Of a stretch of DNA of 64,000 nt, positions 51,790 through 64,000 are shown one piece after another. The DNA lies in contig NC_043000.1 in the NCBI RefSeq assembly GCF_006345805.1, positions 148,924,001 to 148,988,000 on the forward strand, read 5' to 3'. The notes below the pieces were generated by a model. That model searched no databases, was not told the DNA's origin, and worked only from the letters and a program-made list of their open reading frames with translations. This stretch comes from Octopus sinensis. Its lineage: Eukaryota. The position numbers and the translations under genes are program-made. Within the stretch, counting starts at the first letter, position 1. The number at the start of each line of letters is the position of its first letter.

Positions 51790-54701
51790 GAATAATGTTA
51801 TGGACACTAAATATTTAACTTGTAGCCTTGTAATCTGGAACACTAACTTCAAGAAGCCAAATAGCCACCTGATAACCTACCAATCAAGTGACTCTGCTAG
51901 CCAGATTGATTTCATCCTCACCAGACAGTGGGATGCAGGGTTGCTCTTAAATACAAAGACCCTCTTGGGTGAAGAATGTACCCCCCCCAACATAGACTAG
52001 TGATTAGTGACTTTAGACTTGAGGCCAGAAGGATGCCAAGAAGCAGACCAATTCAGAAAAGAAGGATTTGGAAACTAAAGAACATTTCACATGGTCAGAG
52101 ATTTAGGGACATCCTCATCAAGAAATTTGATGAGAGGGAGGAGGAGCTACAGACCTCAGACGTAGAGGGTAGCTGGAAATTCCTATGGGACAGCTTGCTG
52201 AGTGCCACAGACCAAGTCTGCAGATAGTGCAAAGTCTCTTCCAGACATAGGGTAATGTGGTAGTGGAATAATATGGTAGACAAAGCCATTAGAGCAAAGA
52301 AACAGGCCTGGAAAGCCTGGAAGAGTTGAGGTAGCAGGGAACTGTACCAGATAGCCAGAAGGGAGGCTAGGCTGGGCGACAGGTATACATAGCTAAAGGA
52401 GAAGCAGAAAAGAAGTTTGTCAATGTCCAGCAACGTGAGGACCAAAGAACTGAAGTATTTCAGATTGCAAGACAGTGTGTGAGAGAAAATTGTGTTGTCA
52501 CAGGAGAGAAATGTGTCCACATGGATGATGGTGCACTTGCTTTTAATGATTCGGAAAAGAAAGAGGCTTGGAGAAGCCATTATGAAAGATTGCTGAACTT
52601 GGAGAATGAGAGCCTGTCAAATGTTGACCCAGTAGAGGGACCAGCTATCTGAATAGAGAGTACCCTGGTAGATAAAGCAATTAAGGGTATGAAGCCAGGA
52701 AAAGCCCCCGGCCCATCAGGAATCAGTGCTGAGATGCTTAAAGCATCTGGTGGGTTGGGCTATGGCCTAGTCACCCGCATTGTAAACCAGGTAGTTCATG
52801 ATGGAGTCATACCCAATGACTGGTGTAGCAGTACCATAGTCAACTGCTACAAGGGTAAAGGTGATGTTTTAGACAGAAATAACTACAGGGGTATTAAACT
52901 GCTGGTTCAAGTGATGAAGGTCATAGAGAGAGTATTAGCCCAACTAATTAGGGAGAGAGTCTGCTTGGGTGAGATGCAGTTCAGTTTTGTACCAGGTAGA
53001 AGCACCACTGATGCTATATTCCTGATATGGCAACTGCAGGAGAAATACCTAGCCAACGATAAACCCCTATACCTGGCTTTTGTGGACTTGGAGAAAGCCT
53101 TTGACAAGGTCCCTTGATCCCTTATCTGGTGGGCGATGCAGAAACTGGGGATTGATGAATGGTTAATAAGGGCTGTATAGGCCCTATACAGAGATGCTGT
53201 TAGTAAAGTTAGGGTTGGCAATGAGTATAGTGAAGAATTCTGGGTAGAAGTAGGGGTCCACCAAGGATCAGACCTCAGCCCCCTCTTATTCATTATAGTC
53301 CTCCAGGCAATAACAGAGGAATTTAAGACAGGTTGCCCCAGGGAGTTCCTCTATGCTGATGACCTGGCCCTCATAGCAGAATCACTTCCAGAACTAGAGA
53401 AGAAATTTCAGGTGTGAAAGCAAGGTTTAAAGTCGAAGGGCCTTAGAGTTAATGTTGTAAAAACCAAAGTTCTAGTAAGTAGGAAGGCGAACACATCACA
53501 CACCCTTTGAGGTAGGTGGCTCTGCTTTCTCTGTAGAAAAGGTGTAGGTAGAAACTCCATAAAATGTACCCCGTGTAAGCTATGGATGCATAAGAGGTGC
53601 AGCAATATCAAAGGAAGATTAACCAGGAAGATAGCTTTCGTGTGCAGCAGATGCACAGGGGCAATAAACACTATAGATGCTCAGAAAACAGATGCCATCA
53701 CATGCTAGGGGGAGAAACTAAAAGTAGTTGATAGCGTGCACTCCCTAGGTGACCAAGTCCGTAGTGGGGGTGGATGCTCAGAGAGCATTATCACTAGAAT
53801 AAGAATTCCCTGGGCAAAGTTCAGACAGCTTCTATCCCTACTGGTGACAAAGGGCCTCTCGCTCAGAGTGAAAGGTAGATTGTACGATGCATGTGTGCGA
53901 ACTGCCATGCTTCATGGCAGTGAAACATAGGCCGTGACTGCTGAAAATATGCGTAGGCTTGAAAAAATGAAGCTAGTATGAGCTGCTGGATGTGTAATGT
54001 CAGTGTGCACACATGACAGAGTGTAAGCGCCCTGAGAGAAATGCTGGACGTAAGAAGCATCGGATGTGGTGTGCAAGAGAGGCGTTTGCGCTGGTATGGT
54101 CATGTACTGCGGATGGATGAGGAGAGCTGTGTGAAGTACCATTTCCAAACAGTGGAAGGAATCTGGGGTAGAAGGAGACCCAGGAAGGCATGGGATGAGG
54201 TGGTGAAGCATGACCTTCGAACATTGGGCCTCACAGAGACAATGACGAAAGACCAAGACTTCTGGAGATATGCTGTGATTGAGAAGACCTGGCAAATAAA
54301 ATGAGATCACAGCCGTAGCCTACCCCAGTGTTGCATAACCAGTCCACTCAAAAAGTACCTTTGGATCGTAGGGCGACATGCCGTGCTTGAGGAGACCTAT
54401 TGAGTCAAGTAAATGAAATGGAAATTGTAGTTGTGGTCCCTGTACCAGTGGCACGCAAAAAGTACCATCAGAATGTGGCATGTAAAAAGCACCATCCGAT
54501 CGTGGTCGATGCTAGCCCCCTCTGGCCCGTAAAAAGCACCCACTACATTCTCGGAGTGGTTGGCATTAGGAATGGCATCCAGCTGTAGAAGTACTGTCAG
54601 ATCAGACTGGAGCCTGGTGCAGCCTCCTGGCTTTCCAGACCCCAGTCGAACTGTCCAACTCATGCCAGCATGGAAAATGGACGTTAAACGATGATGATGA
54701 T
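51790..54701 (+). mobile_element. Decayed 5'-truncated RTE-clade LINE
   Basis: End of APE domain (SQIDFIL), RT motifs (KAPGPSG, KGKGD..NYRGIKL, GRSTTDAIF, AFVDLEKAFDKVP, GVHQGS, YADDL), an embedded Cys-rich zinc-finger segment, C-terminal RRLRWYGHV..GRRRPRKAW, then a 3'UTR ending in a (GAT)n tail. Multiple in-frame stops. Confidence 0.95.
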
Positions 54702-55737
54702 ACTTTATATCAACATACAGAATCAAATTTGAGGAAAACTTCAGGGGATATAGTTATATACGCAAGGCTACACTCTTTATTTTCTTTAAGAAAAACTTCT
54801 TTTATTCCAGAAAATGTGATATAATGGATGTTTTACAAAGAATTATAGTTGCATATAAATAAAACAGCAATCTAATTTATCAGTCCTACATCACAGTGAA
54901 ATTAACAGCTCATGATTATTGTTTTTCCAATTAGTTTTCTTCACTCAAAGTGAACCAATTTTCACATTCATAACTAGTATAACGTTTTATATATACATTT
55001 TCTTCCAAACCAACTTAAATCTAGTCATCCTCATCCCCTTTATTAAAAGTACCTTAACAAAAAAAAAAAAAAAATGCTATAGGTCCCCAGCTGCTGAAAA
55101 ATAGAAATATTTACTGGCAGAAAATAAGCAGCTCTTGCATACTATATTGAGATGTTGGGGGCAGCCAGTGAATATCTATCTATTTGATGAAACAAACGCA
55201 TGTATATTTAGGGAACTATTTTATATCTTTCTTGTTCACCTTTCTTTTGTACATTTTAAATCTTCTGTTTCTTTGACCTGACCCCAGCTCCCATAACGAC
55301 CTTAATATTTAAATGTGATGTGATCTAAGCATAGTGGTCTTCCAGAAAGCAGAACTTAATGTGATTTACAATGTTTTCAAATAAAGTATAATAAAATCAT
55401 CTCTTTTATGAAAAAAGTGTAGCTCAGTCTTCATAACTAGTTGAAAACTTTTGAAATTTTCTGTTATATCTTTTGTAAAAAGGTTTGATCTGACAATCAA
55501 AAGTCAGAATTAGTGTTACATTACGATAGAGTAATTTTGACATCTTAGTATATACATATATACATGTACTATTGCATTCACTTTTAGTATTCTTTTTATC
55601 AATAGTATATAGTACTAATTATCATTCATCATAAAACAGTACATTTAATCACTGTCACTCCACTGTACTATTAAATATTTGATAAAAGGTGTGAAATGAA
55701 GTTGACTCATGAATAATTACAAAAATGATACTTTATA

Positions 55738-56003
55738 TTCTGTTGTGTCTAGGGAGAGTCCTTTTCTTTTTGTGCCTTATAATGTAGCACACTCACAGGT
55801 AAAATTTCCACTTATTTCTTATTTTTCTTATTTTCCTAAAATTTTCGTTGCGTCTTGCAACCTTTTCAATAGTCTTGACAAGGTTGCAAGATGCAACGAA
55901 AATTTTAGGAAAATAAAAATAAGAAATAAGTGGAAATTTTACCGGTAAGTGTGTTACATTATAAGGCACAAAAAGAAAATGACTTGCCCCAGACACAACA
56001 GAA
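55738..56003. repeat. Imperfect long hairpin / fold-back element
   Basis: About 125-bp arms (55738-55864 vs 55880-56003) with a 15-nt loop. Confidence 0.85.
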
Positions 56004-56449
56004 TGTTCTTCAACACACGAACTCATATAAAGAATCTTGCAAACCAAATCCAAAAATGATACGTTATAGTTTACATAGTAATCTATGTACATTTTGAGCT
56101 GACTAGATTTAAAATTATAAAAAAAAAAAAAAAAACTAGAATTTTATAAGGTTGCAATATAGAAAAATTATTAAAAGGAAACCAAACAAATTAAAAATTT
56201 AATATAAAATTGAAAGTTCATAATAAATAAGTTTAAGGCAGTATACACAATAACAAAGATATTTTATAGCAAAAATATATTAGTTATCATATAGTAAATA
56301 TTAAAATGTTGGTGCTAAAGTATTTTGTTGCTGAAGTAAGCTAAGCTGAGAGTCACTAACCAAATATTTGTTAACATATTTTTAGTTTAACTCTGGTAAA
56401 ATAGTTTCTTCTGCAACACTGCATTGCCTTTGTTATACTATATAAACAT

Positions 56450-56839
56450 AGGCGCAGGAGTGGATGTGTGGTAAGTAGCTTGCTTACCAACCACATGGTT
56501 CCTGGTTCAGTCCCACTGCATGGCATCTGGGGCAAGTGTCTTCTGCTATAGCCCCAGGCCGACCAATGCCTTGTGAGTGGATTTGGTAGACGGAAACTGA
56601 AAGAAGCCTGTCGTATATATGTATATGTGTGTGTGTGTGTGTGTTTGTCCCCCTAGCATTGCTTGATAACCGATGCTGGTGTGTTTACGTCCCTGTCACT
56701 TAGTGGTTTGGCAAAAGAGACCAATAGAATAAGTACTGGGCTTACAAAGAATAAGTCCCGGGGTCGATTTGCTCGACTAAAGGCGGTGCTCCAGCATGGC
56801 CACAGTCAAATGACTGAAACAAGTAAAAGAGAAAAGAGT
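56450..56839 (+). mobile_element. SINE family A
   Basis: Full-length match. Confidence 0.92.
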
Positions 56840-57599
56840 ATATTAATTTAAAATCTATGACATGGCTGTATAATTAAGAAGCTTGCTTTCCAACCATGTG
56901 GCTTTGGGTTCAGTTTCTGTGTGGCACTTTAAGCATGCATTTTCCTCTATTAACCCAGACTGACCGAAGCTTGTCTTCTAAGTGTGTGTGTGCATGCTTA
57001 CTCCTTGTCTCGACATCACATCATCATCGTTTAACGTCCGTTTTCCGCGCTAGCACGGGTTGGACGGTTCGACCGGTGTCTGGGAAGCCAGTGGCTGCAC
57101 CAGGCTCCAGTCTGATCTGGCAGTGTTTCTACAGCGAGCGAAGAGGGTGCTTTTTTTTTTTCTTTTTTTTGGTAAACAAGTGTCACCACATTGCTCATTT
57201 ACAATCTTCTATGAAAAACACATTTGGCCACGGGGGAATAGTACCTGGCTTGGAAGCAGATAAAAGGTTAGTGAAAGGAAGAGTATTGAGCCGTAGAAAT
57301 CTACCTGAATGAATCCTGACTGACCCACGCATGCATGGAAAAGTGGAGGATATTATAATGATAATGATGAATATGTTGTCAGTCAAGTCAATCAATTGTA
57401 CAATAATTGAGAAATAGTGGAGACAATGTAGAGAATATTTCACAACTTATTTACATTAAGAAAAAAGCAGGGTTGCTGTTGAGTTAATGTACTGGGCTAC
57501 TGAGAGTTCTTGGTCAAATGTTTAAACCACACAACAATTATTGTGTATAGCCATAGGAAAGACACATTACTCAGCTTTATTCAGGCTGTCTGGGTGACA

Positions 57600-57830
57600 G
57601 TAAAAATAATAATAATGATAATGAAATTATTGTATACAGTGCTCAGGTGCACCACAACTTGTCAGACAGTGCATATAAAGTACATGCAGTAATGTAAAAA
57701 TGTCTGGAAAGCGAACAATGTATGAGCCAGATACATGCTTGTGTGTGTGTATGAAGGGGAGAAAATCAGGTGTAGTGTTGGCGAATCTCAGAAAGCTTGG
57801 AAGTTTTGAAGGATGCAGTGCTCCGACTCT
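57600..57830 (-). mobile_element. CR1 3' end (same family as 19385-19780)
   Basis: Reverse-complement match to 19555-19780. Confidence 0.85.
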
Positions 57831-59384
57831 CAGCGTGAAAAAATGTAAGCTTTATTGTTATTTGAAACTTGGGTTCTTAACTGCAGAAAGTAGATGCAGT
57901 TGTGAAAAGATAAGTCTCGACATTATGCAAATAAACAAATATTAAAAATGCTTCCCTCTTATGCTAACATTGATATACAAACAGAACAATATATGAAGTA
58001 GAAAATAACTGCCCTATTTCAAACCGTATTGAAAATATATACTGGTGATTACCAAACATTAAGAAATGCAAATGAAGAAAAGTTACTGGAAATAAACTAA
58101 GACAGGTTTTCCTCAATTAATTATTTCAAATAATTACAACAGTGTAATATTAAAAATGACAAAGCAAGAGTAACACAGTAACACATAATTGTACCAGTAG
58201 CTAGGAAAAAATAAAAACCCCAAACATACCCCAAAAATTTAGAGAAGAAAAAAAATTTTATGAAGCAATGTATTTTATGTTGGATACTTTTAATTGAAAG
58301 ACGAATATATAGTTCTTTAATTGGTTTGAACAATTGTGGGCCTGGTCATGCTGGAGCACCACCACAAATACATGAATAAATTATAAAAACACGACTATTT
58401 AGCTGAAAATAATGCAACGATGAAATATGACATGATAAATTGATTTCACTGGTTAAACATTTTCAATGTAAAACTAGTAATGTTTCACATTTGAGTTTGT
58501 ATAGTAGCTTCAAAATTATAAATGTATATAGCTTTCTAAAGAAACAAAGCCTTAAGAAGGGAAATTCAAACTACATCATTGTAATTTTATATATGAATGA
58601 GTGTATGTGCATGTGTGTCTAAGAGTGGGAGAGGGTTAAGTGAACAAGTTCAGAAAAAGCTTTTGTGTTTGCAAATAGATTTAAACTGAAACCTTTAATT
58701 TTCAGAACATAAGGTTTCTGTACAAGTAGCATTCATTAAAAATAAGAGATTAATGAGCAAAAGCTAGAATAAGGCATTCAGGTGTTTACCTATGAATTAT
58801 TGAGGGTTCATTTTTCATATCAAATTATAAAGTAATGCTTAACTGGAATTATATGTTGAGGCTGATATTGGTACAGCTTATTAAAGTGTTGTCTCACAAT
58901 TCTTTCAGAAATAGTTTCTAAAGAATGTCTAGGGAGAAAAATGAAGTAAAATTTGCTAACAATACCAAGCTTTATCTTCCTATTTTTGAAATTTATAAAT
59001 AGTATAGGTTACTGATAGATTTCATAGGAAAAAATAAATAGTTAGGAATCCATATAAAAGTTTGGGTATATTTAGAGACGAGCAATGGGAAAGACAAGGG
59101 TCTTGCATAGAAAATTAAAGGAGCAAATAAAAAACAAACATTCTTGTAATATGTGTGTGTGTGTGTGTGTGTGTATTTATATCCAAGTTAACATAGATGT
59201 TTTGTTAGAACACCAAATACAAGGCTTAATAATGATGTATTCAGTGTAGTAGGAAGACATCCATGTTTAGCTGGATATAAAGATTATCTTTTGGAATTAA
59301 TACTGCTTCTGTCACTAATAACACTATATATATATATATAATGATAAATCTCAGAGCGAGTTATAAACAGTAGCGGTAACACAC

Positions 59385-59623
59385 CGTGACGCATATTTGC
59401 CATTTGAATATGGCTAACCCCTAAGGGTGGATGCTACTGTAGTTTGTAGCCCCAGGAAGATATCTCCTCCAGCTGGCTATAGACACACTATCTGTGCCCT
59501 ATCTGATAGGGCACAGATAGTGTGTCTATAGCCAGCTGGAGGAGATATCTTCCTGGGGCTACAAACTACAGTAGCATCCACCCTTAGGGGTTAGCCATAT
59601 TCAAATGGCAAATATGCGTCACG
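59385..59623. repeat. Perfect 239-bp palindrome (119-bp arms, 1-nt spacer)
   Basis: 59385-59503 is the exact reverse complement of 59505-59623 (checked by eye); the block 59341-59623 is flanked by (TA)n. Confidence 0.95.
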
Positions 59624-60061
59624 ATATATATATATATATATATATGTCGACTGGGTGAAACCTAACGACATTTGAGGACAAAATTAGGGAGGGGAGTTAA
59701 TCATTTAATTACTGTAAGACTTGAAGAATTAAACTTCAGTATTCAGAGCTGATTCATGCACAACAACGTGGTTCAGCCTGCAATGTAAATATCACAAGCA
59801 GATAACATAAAATATTGTTGCTGATTGGGTTTTATGAGTTTATTCTTTTACTAATCCTAATCCACAGATATTCACAAGGTATTTTAAGGATTGAAGCTGC
59901 AGCCACATCATTGGCAAATAAAATGCACATAATCTGTGGTAGTGCTGAAAAGGACTTTCATCCACTTAAGAGAGGCATGTGTATGAGTGTATGTGCATGC
60001 ATATACACACACAATATACACACCATGTTTTCAAAGCTGAGTCAACACAAGTCTTTATTCT

Positions 60062-60400
60062 CTAGAAAAACGATGACGCTGTGGTGATCTCATTCTCGCT
60101 CACAACATCATAAGTGGAAAGTGTAACCTCTCGAAAGAGCTGTTCTTCACTCCTGCTCCAGAGCGTCGGCTGCGGGGTCATTCCGAAAAGCTCTACCTGC
60201 GACGATTTCATCTCAATCGAAGGAGAGGAGCTTTCTCCGTCCGGGTTGCGGATCCGTGGAACAAGCTGCCAGACGAGATGGTGAAGATGTTGACGACTGC
60301 TTTGTTCAAAGTCTCCCTTGACCTCAAGTGGCCTGAACTCTTTACATGAACACCACCCTGTACTTAACTCCATGTCCCCCTACATGGCCTTGCTTTTTGC
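60062..60400 (+). mobile_element. CR1-clade LINE 3' end (second family)
   Basis: DLILAHNIISG..RLRGHSEKLYLRRFHLNRRRGAFSVRVADPWNKLPDEMV..FKVSLD. Confidence 0.85.
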
Positions 60401-61034
60401 TTTTGAGCCAAAAAATTAACTAACTAACTAAGTCTCTATTCAGAGTTATTCCTTGAATGGAGAATAAGAATAAGAAACTGAATAGTAACTGGTGCAAACT
60501 CAGCTTTGAACTAATTGAACTATTCTCCTTTAAAAGATATGTTTTTCATACCAGTGTGAACCCATAACCATGTATATATAACAGACAGATTGAGAGAGAG
60601 AGAGAGAGATAAATGAGATGGTACAGAATATAAAATAAAAAGCAATATAAATAGACAAAGAAATAGAATAGTGTCGAGAAACATTTTAATAAAACAACAT
60701 GCTTTCCCAATATTTCCTGAGTATTATTTAAGGAATCAAACCTGTTGCAGAACACATTTATTCTGGCACCTATAAACTTAGACCACTTTCTAATATTTCG
60801 GTTGGTCAGCCATTCCTTTATATAGGACAATCTTGGCTCCTGGATTTTTTTTGGTAAGACTACAGAAGAGTCTCCTATAAGACAGAAATTTAGGAGGAAA
60901 AATAAGTGAGGAAAACAAGATTGTTGAATTCGAATTAATAACTCTTTGTGTTTTGCTATAAAAAAAGTACTTTTTCTGTTTGGAAGAAATTTTTCTAGCA
61001 GTGTAAAGATTATATTAAATGTTTAGCACTAGTG

Positions 61035-61184
61035 TCAAGAAGTCAGTTTCTGTGGAACTTTGCCATCAACAATTGCTTTGACATCATCTGAGTCTAAAGT
61101 TTCATACTTCATAAGGGCCTGAGCGATTGCTTTGTGTTCTGTACTGTGAGTTTTCATGATATGTCGTGCTCGGTCGTAAGATTC
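61035..61184 (-). CDS. YME1L1: YME1L1 (mitochondrial i-AAA/FtsH protease), terminal coding exon
   Basis: Acceptor attattttcttggcag| (phase 0), then ESYDRARHIMKTHSTEHKAIAQALMKYETLDSDDVKAIVDGKVPQKLTS*, matching the peptidase M41 C-terminal helices of YME1L (DSYERAKHILKTHAKEHKNLAEALLTYETLD as recalled). No preceding YME1L exon found before 64000. Confidence 0.92.
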   Translation of the reverse strand, partial: ESYDRARHIMKTHSTEHKAIAQALMKYETLDSDDVKAIVDGKVPQKLTS

Positions 61185-61393
61185 CTGCCAAGAAAATAAT
61201 ATAATTATACAATAAAATTTTTAAAAAATACAGTATTTACATATTCATTTGCTACACAAACACATCCATCTATCTTCTATATTTTAAAACTTTGTTATGA
61301 CCACTTACATACTTTTCCGTTCATTCTGTCTTGTACTTTCCGTCTTTCTCACAACTTGCTTTACTATTTTTGTTTTTGGACATTAGATCTTTT

Positions 61394-62181
61394 GGATCTT
61401 TTCGGTTTGAACGGCAGTGTTTTTCTAGCGGTGTCATATGAAATTGTCACCCATAATTATGACCCTAGTATCGATCTATTGAGAGGCGGTTGGATGGAAC
61501 CTACACTCGCCTCCTTATGAGAGCTCAAAATATCTCGTGGAAGCGCCATCCAACCAAAATGCAAATATATGGGAAACTACCACCTGTGTCATCTCTTGTG
61601 AAAGGTAGGAGAGTCCAGGTTGCTGGACATTGTTGTAGAGCTGAAAAAGAAGTAATTTCTACTCTTCTCCTCTGGAAGCCATCTACTCACAATACCAGAG
61701 GGCGCACACTCTCCTACCCTGATGTAATCTCCAGGGATACAGGCATCCAGCAACAGGACCTCCGTAATGCCATGATGGACCGTGAAGTCTGGCGTAGCAT
61801 GGTAAATTCCATTGTCTCGACCACGGTCGAACAATGATGATGATGATCGATCTATTGCATTTCAATCTGTTTTAGGGTTAGGGGTGGGGGGAAGGGTATC
61901 TTTTTTTCTTCAGAAATGTAAATAAACCCAATCTGTTTCTTAAACGAGAGACATATTCATACGGCACAGAATGTTTTCACCTCAATAGACGTCATTGATT
62001 GGTTGAAATTGCAGAAATTGAAGAAAAAAAACAACAAATATGTTACAAACTATAGAATTTCCTCAATAAAGCCAAGAGAAAAAGATGTTTTATAAACACA
62101 TTCTACCAGTATACAAAGTTTAAAAGTGTTTAGTTACGTGGAAATTATTTTAAAAAACTTCCGTTCAAACCGAAAACATCC
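61394..62181. mobile_element. MITE of the same GGATC-ended family with 8-bp TSD
   Basis: TIRs ggatcttttcggtttgaacgg / ccgttcaaaccgaaaacatcc, TSD gatctttt (61386-61393, 62182-62189). Carries the nested LINE at 61482-61845. Confidence 0.9.
61482..61845 (+). mobile_element. 5'-truncated RTE/RTEX-like LINE inserted in a MITE, with 12-bp TSD
   Basis: DGTYTRLLMRAQNISWKRHPT..RRVQVAGHC..DREVWR C-terminus with a (tga)n tail. TSD atcgatctattg at 61470-61481 and 61846-61857. Confidence 0.9.
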
Positions 62182-62660
62182 GATCTTTTTATATTCTCTG
62201 TTTCATTCTGTATTTTTTTCTTAGCAAACTCATCTATACCCTTACAACCTTAATAAACTGTGGGTATCATTGAAATGAACAATATTGTCTGAGGTGTCAA
62301 AGTCGTGAAGATTTCCAATTGAAAAGTAAGTGCATAATTCCTTGTTTGTTTATGTCCTATTTTGCAATGACTGTGAGTGAATGAATATGTGTGTGTGTGT
62401 TTCCTTAATTTAATCTCTCTAGATTCAGAGATCATTCAATAAAAGTCATAGCTGTCAGCAGACCCTAGCTTTTATACTTCTAAAGTAACTACAGGCTCAC
62501 CCATAAGAGGATCTGACATCAGCCTTGCAACCTATAGAATATACATACATCAATAACAGGCTAGCGTACATACAGTGGCACAACATGCTTCTTGGACAGT
62601 TAATATGGTTGTTAGTGACATAACAAGATGTAAATAGAAATTACTTTTGTCACTGATGAA

Positions 62661-62793
62661 CATCATCATCATCATTGTTCGACCGTGGTTGAGACAATGG
62701 AATTTACCATGCTACACCAGACTTCACGGTCCATCATGGCATTACGGAGGTCCTGTTGCAGGATGCCTGTATCCCTGGAGATTACATCAGGGT
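62661..62793 (-). mobile_element. Second copy of the same RTEX-like 3' end, inverted
   Basis: Reverse complement closely matches 61715-61845. Confidence 0.85.
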
Positions 62794-62859
62794 GTTGTAC
62801 TGATGAACAGTACAACAGTCAAATATGGAAAATATGAGTATCTGACAATTGTAGGAAGT

Positions 62860-63200
62860 AGTCCTCTATGGAGCAGAAATGTAACTCCTCTCAAAGACCC
62901 TGGCAAATAAGATCAATGACTTTGATAGCAGAGTCCTGAGAACCATTGAAAACATCGGATGGTACCATCACATCAACAACAAAGAACTGCATGCATCAGC
63001 CTGCAGCCTCCCACCTCATAGCTATCTATTGCATGCGCAGGTACGGACATGTCGTCTTCCATCTGCTAGATCATCCTACCAGGGCTTTACTCTCATATGA
63101 TACAGTAGCCTCATGGGAGGCTCTGCATCAAATGGTCAGATGTGATTGGGGAAGATCTCCAGAGGCTCAACTTTGGCGGATACAGAGGGGCTGACACAGG
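62860..63200 (+). mobile_element. RTE-like C-terminal fragment (another family)
   Basis: KINDFDSRVLRTIENIGWYHHINNKEL..RRYGHV..DHPTR with frameshifts. Confidence 0.65.
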
Positions 63201-63859
63201 ACTGCCAGCGACAGAGAGCACTGGTGGGCCAGGTTGGCTCTACGCATGATGAAGTCTCTGGGACCACTAACCTGGATGACCCCAACGTCATCAAGCAAGC
63301 AGTCCAATAATCTTTACTTATCATCTAAGAAAGACTATTATGTTACAACATAAAGAGAAGTTCTTCTCTTTGACATACACAACAGCAACTAGCATATTTT
63401 GCATCTGAACTTGCCAAGATGTATTAAGAATAAATATGCTAATATTATTCCTGATCTCACTGTACATGGAGTAAACAATGATTTTATATGATACAACTAT
63501 TCAATAACTATGTCAAATTATTTTATAGTTCTACATTTAAGAAAAATTTTCTTTACATGGTACAACTTTGATAGTCACATGGTAAAATATTTCTGACACG
63601 AATATCTCAAACTGAAAATAGTTTAATACAGGTATAGTTGAGTATAATGAACTTCATTTTCACTTGTCCTTATCTTACTGATCTCAAAAGGAAGAATGTC
63701 AGTCAACATGGCTGGCATTGCATTTCAAATATAAAGGGACATAGCCAAATATTTCAAGGTAATTAAATTTTCTACTCATTCTGTTAGTCACTGTTTAACA
63801 AAAGCATTTTTATATTTGCTAAACTGTAAGCTAAGTTATTTTTTCATATTAAATAATAA

Positions 63860-63861
63860 TG

Positions 63862-63892
<31 letters not shown>

Positions 63893-64000
63893 AATTATTG
63901 TATACAGTGCTCAGGTGCACCACAACTTGTCAGAGTATATGCAGTAATGTAGAAATGTCTGGAAAGCAAACAATGTATGAGTCAGGTACATGCTTGTGTG
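63860..64000 (-). mobile_element. CR1 3' end (same family), truncated by window edge
   Basis: (taa)n tail then aattattgtatacagtgctcaggtgcaccacaacttgtcaga. Confidence 0.85.

Noticed and set aside
52689-53117. Intact RT gene
   Set aside because: Only a stop-bounded piece of a decayed RTE element with many stops and frameshifts.
60546-60830. 94-aa minus-strand ORF as an extra YME1L1 exon
   Set aside because: Lies after the YME1L1 stop; the IKEWLTNR segment resembles a CR1 RT remnant and the rest is low complexity.
63650-63720. Penultimate YME1L1 exon before a minus-strand GTAAG donor near 63686
   Set aside because: No reading frame resembles the expected ..SPETQ..IE.EIR.LL segment; that exon must lie beyond the window.

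Overview
AT-rich, repeat-dense eukaryotic genomic DNA. The SINE/RTE repertoire and homologies suggest a cephalopod, probably Octopus (inference from recognition, no database search run). Two real protein-coding genes are visible, both on the minus strand. (1) A complete C15orf61 (DUF4528) homologue with coding exons 22035-22350 and 16861-16988 (147 aa) and a probable upstream first exon ending at 28799. (2) The last coding exon of the mitochondrial i-AAA protease YME1L1 (61035-61184); its other exons lie beyond the window. Most of the rest is mobile DNA: three tRNA-derived SINE families, a decayed near-full-length RTE LINE plus many of its 3'UTR tails, CR1 and RTEX-like LINE fragments, a decayed two-LTR Gypsy element, a mariner fragment, two non-autonomous Helitrons, piggyBac-, hAT- and 8-bp-TSD GGATC-ended MITEs, and microsatellites. 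Almost all entries in the supplied ORF track are repeat-derived or spurious. The most interesting signal is the architecture around C15orf61. A 57-aa single-pass membrane microprotein ORF (below the ORF-track cut-off) sits 130 nt after the C15orf61 stop behind its own strong splice acceptor, and a CpG-rich intronic patch carries an in-phase donor that could feed it. A uORF stop directly abuts the C15orf61 ATG, and there are candidate alternative acceptor and last-exon choices. Several long fold-back structures are also present, including a perfect 119-bp-arm palindrome, along with two local duplications that expose pre-insertion (empty) sites. All transcript models are predictions from sequence only.
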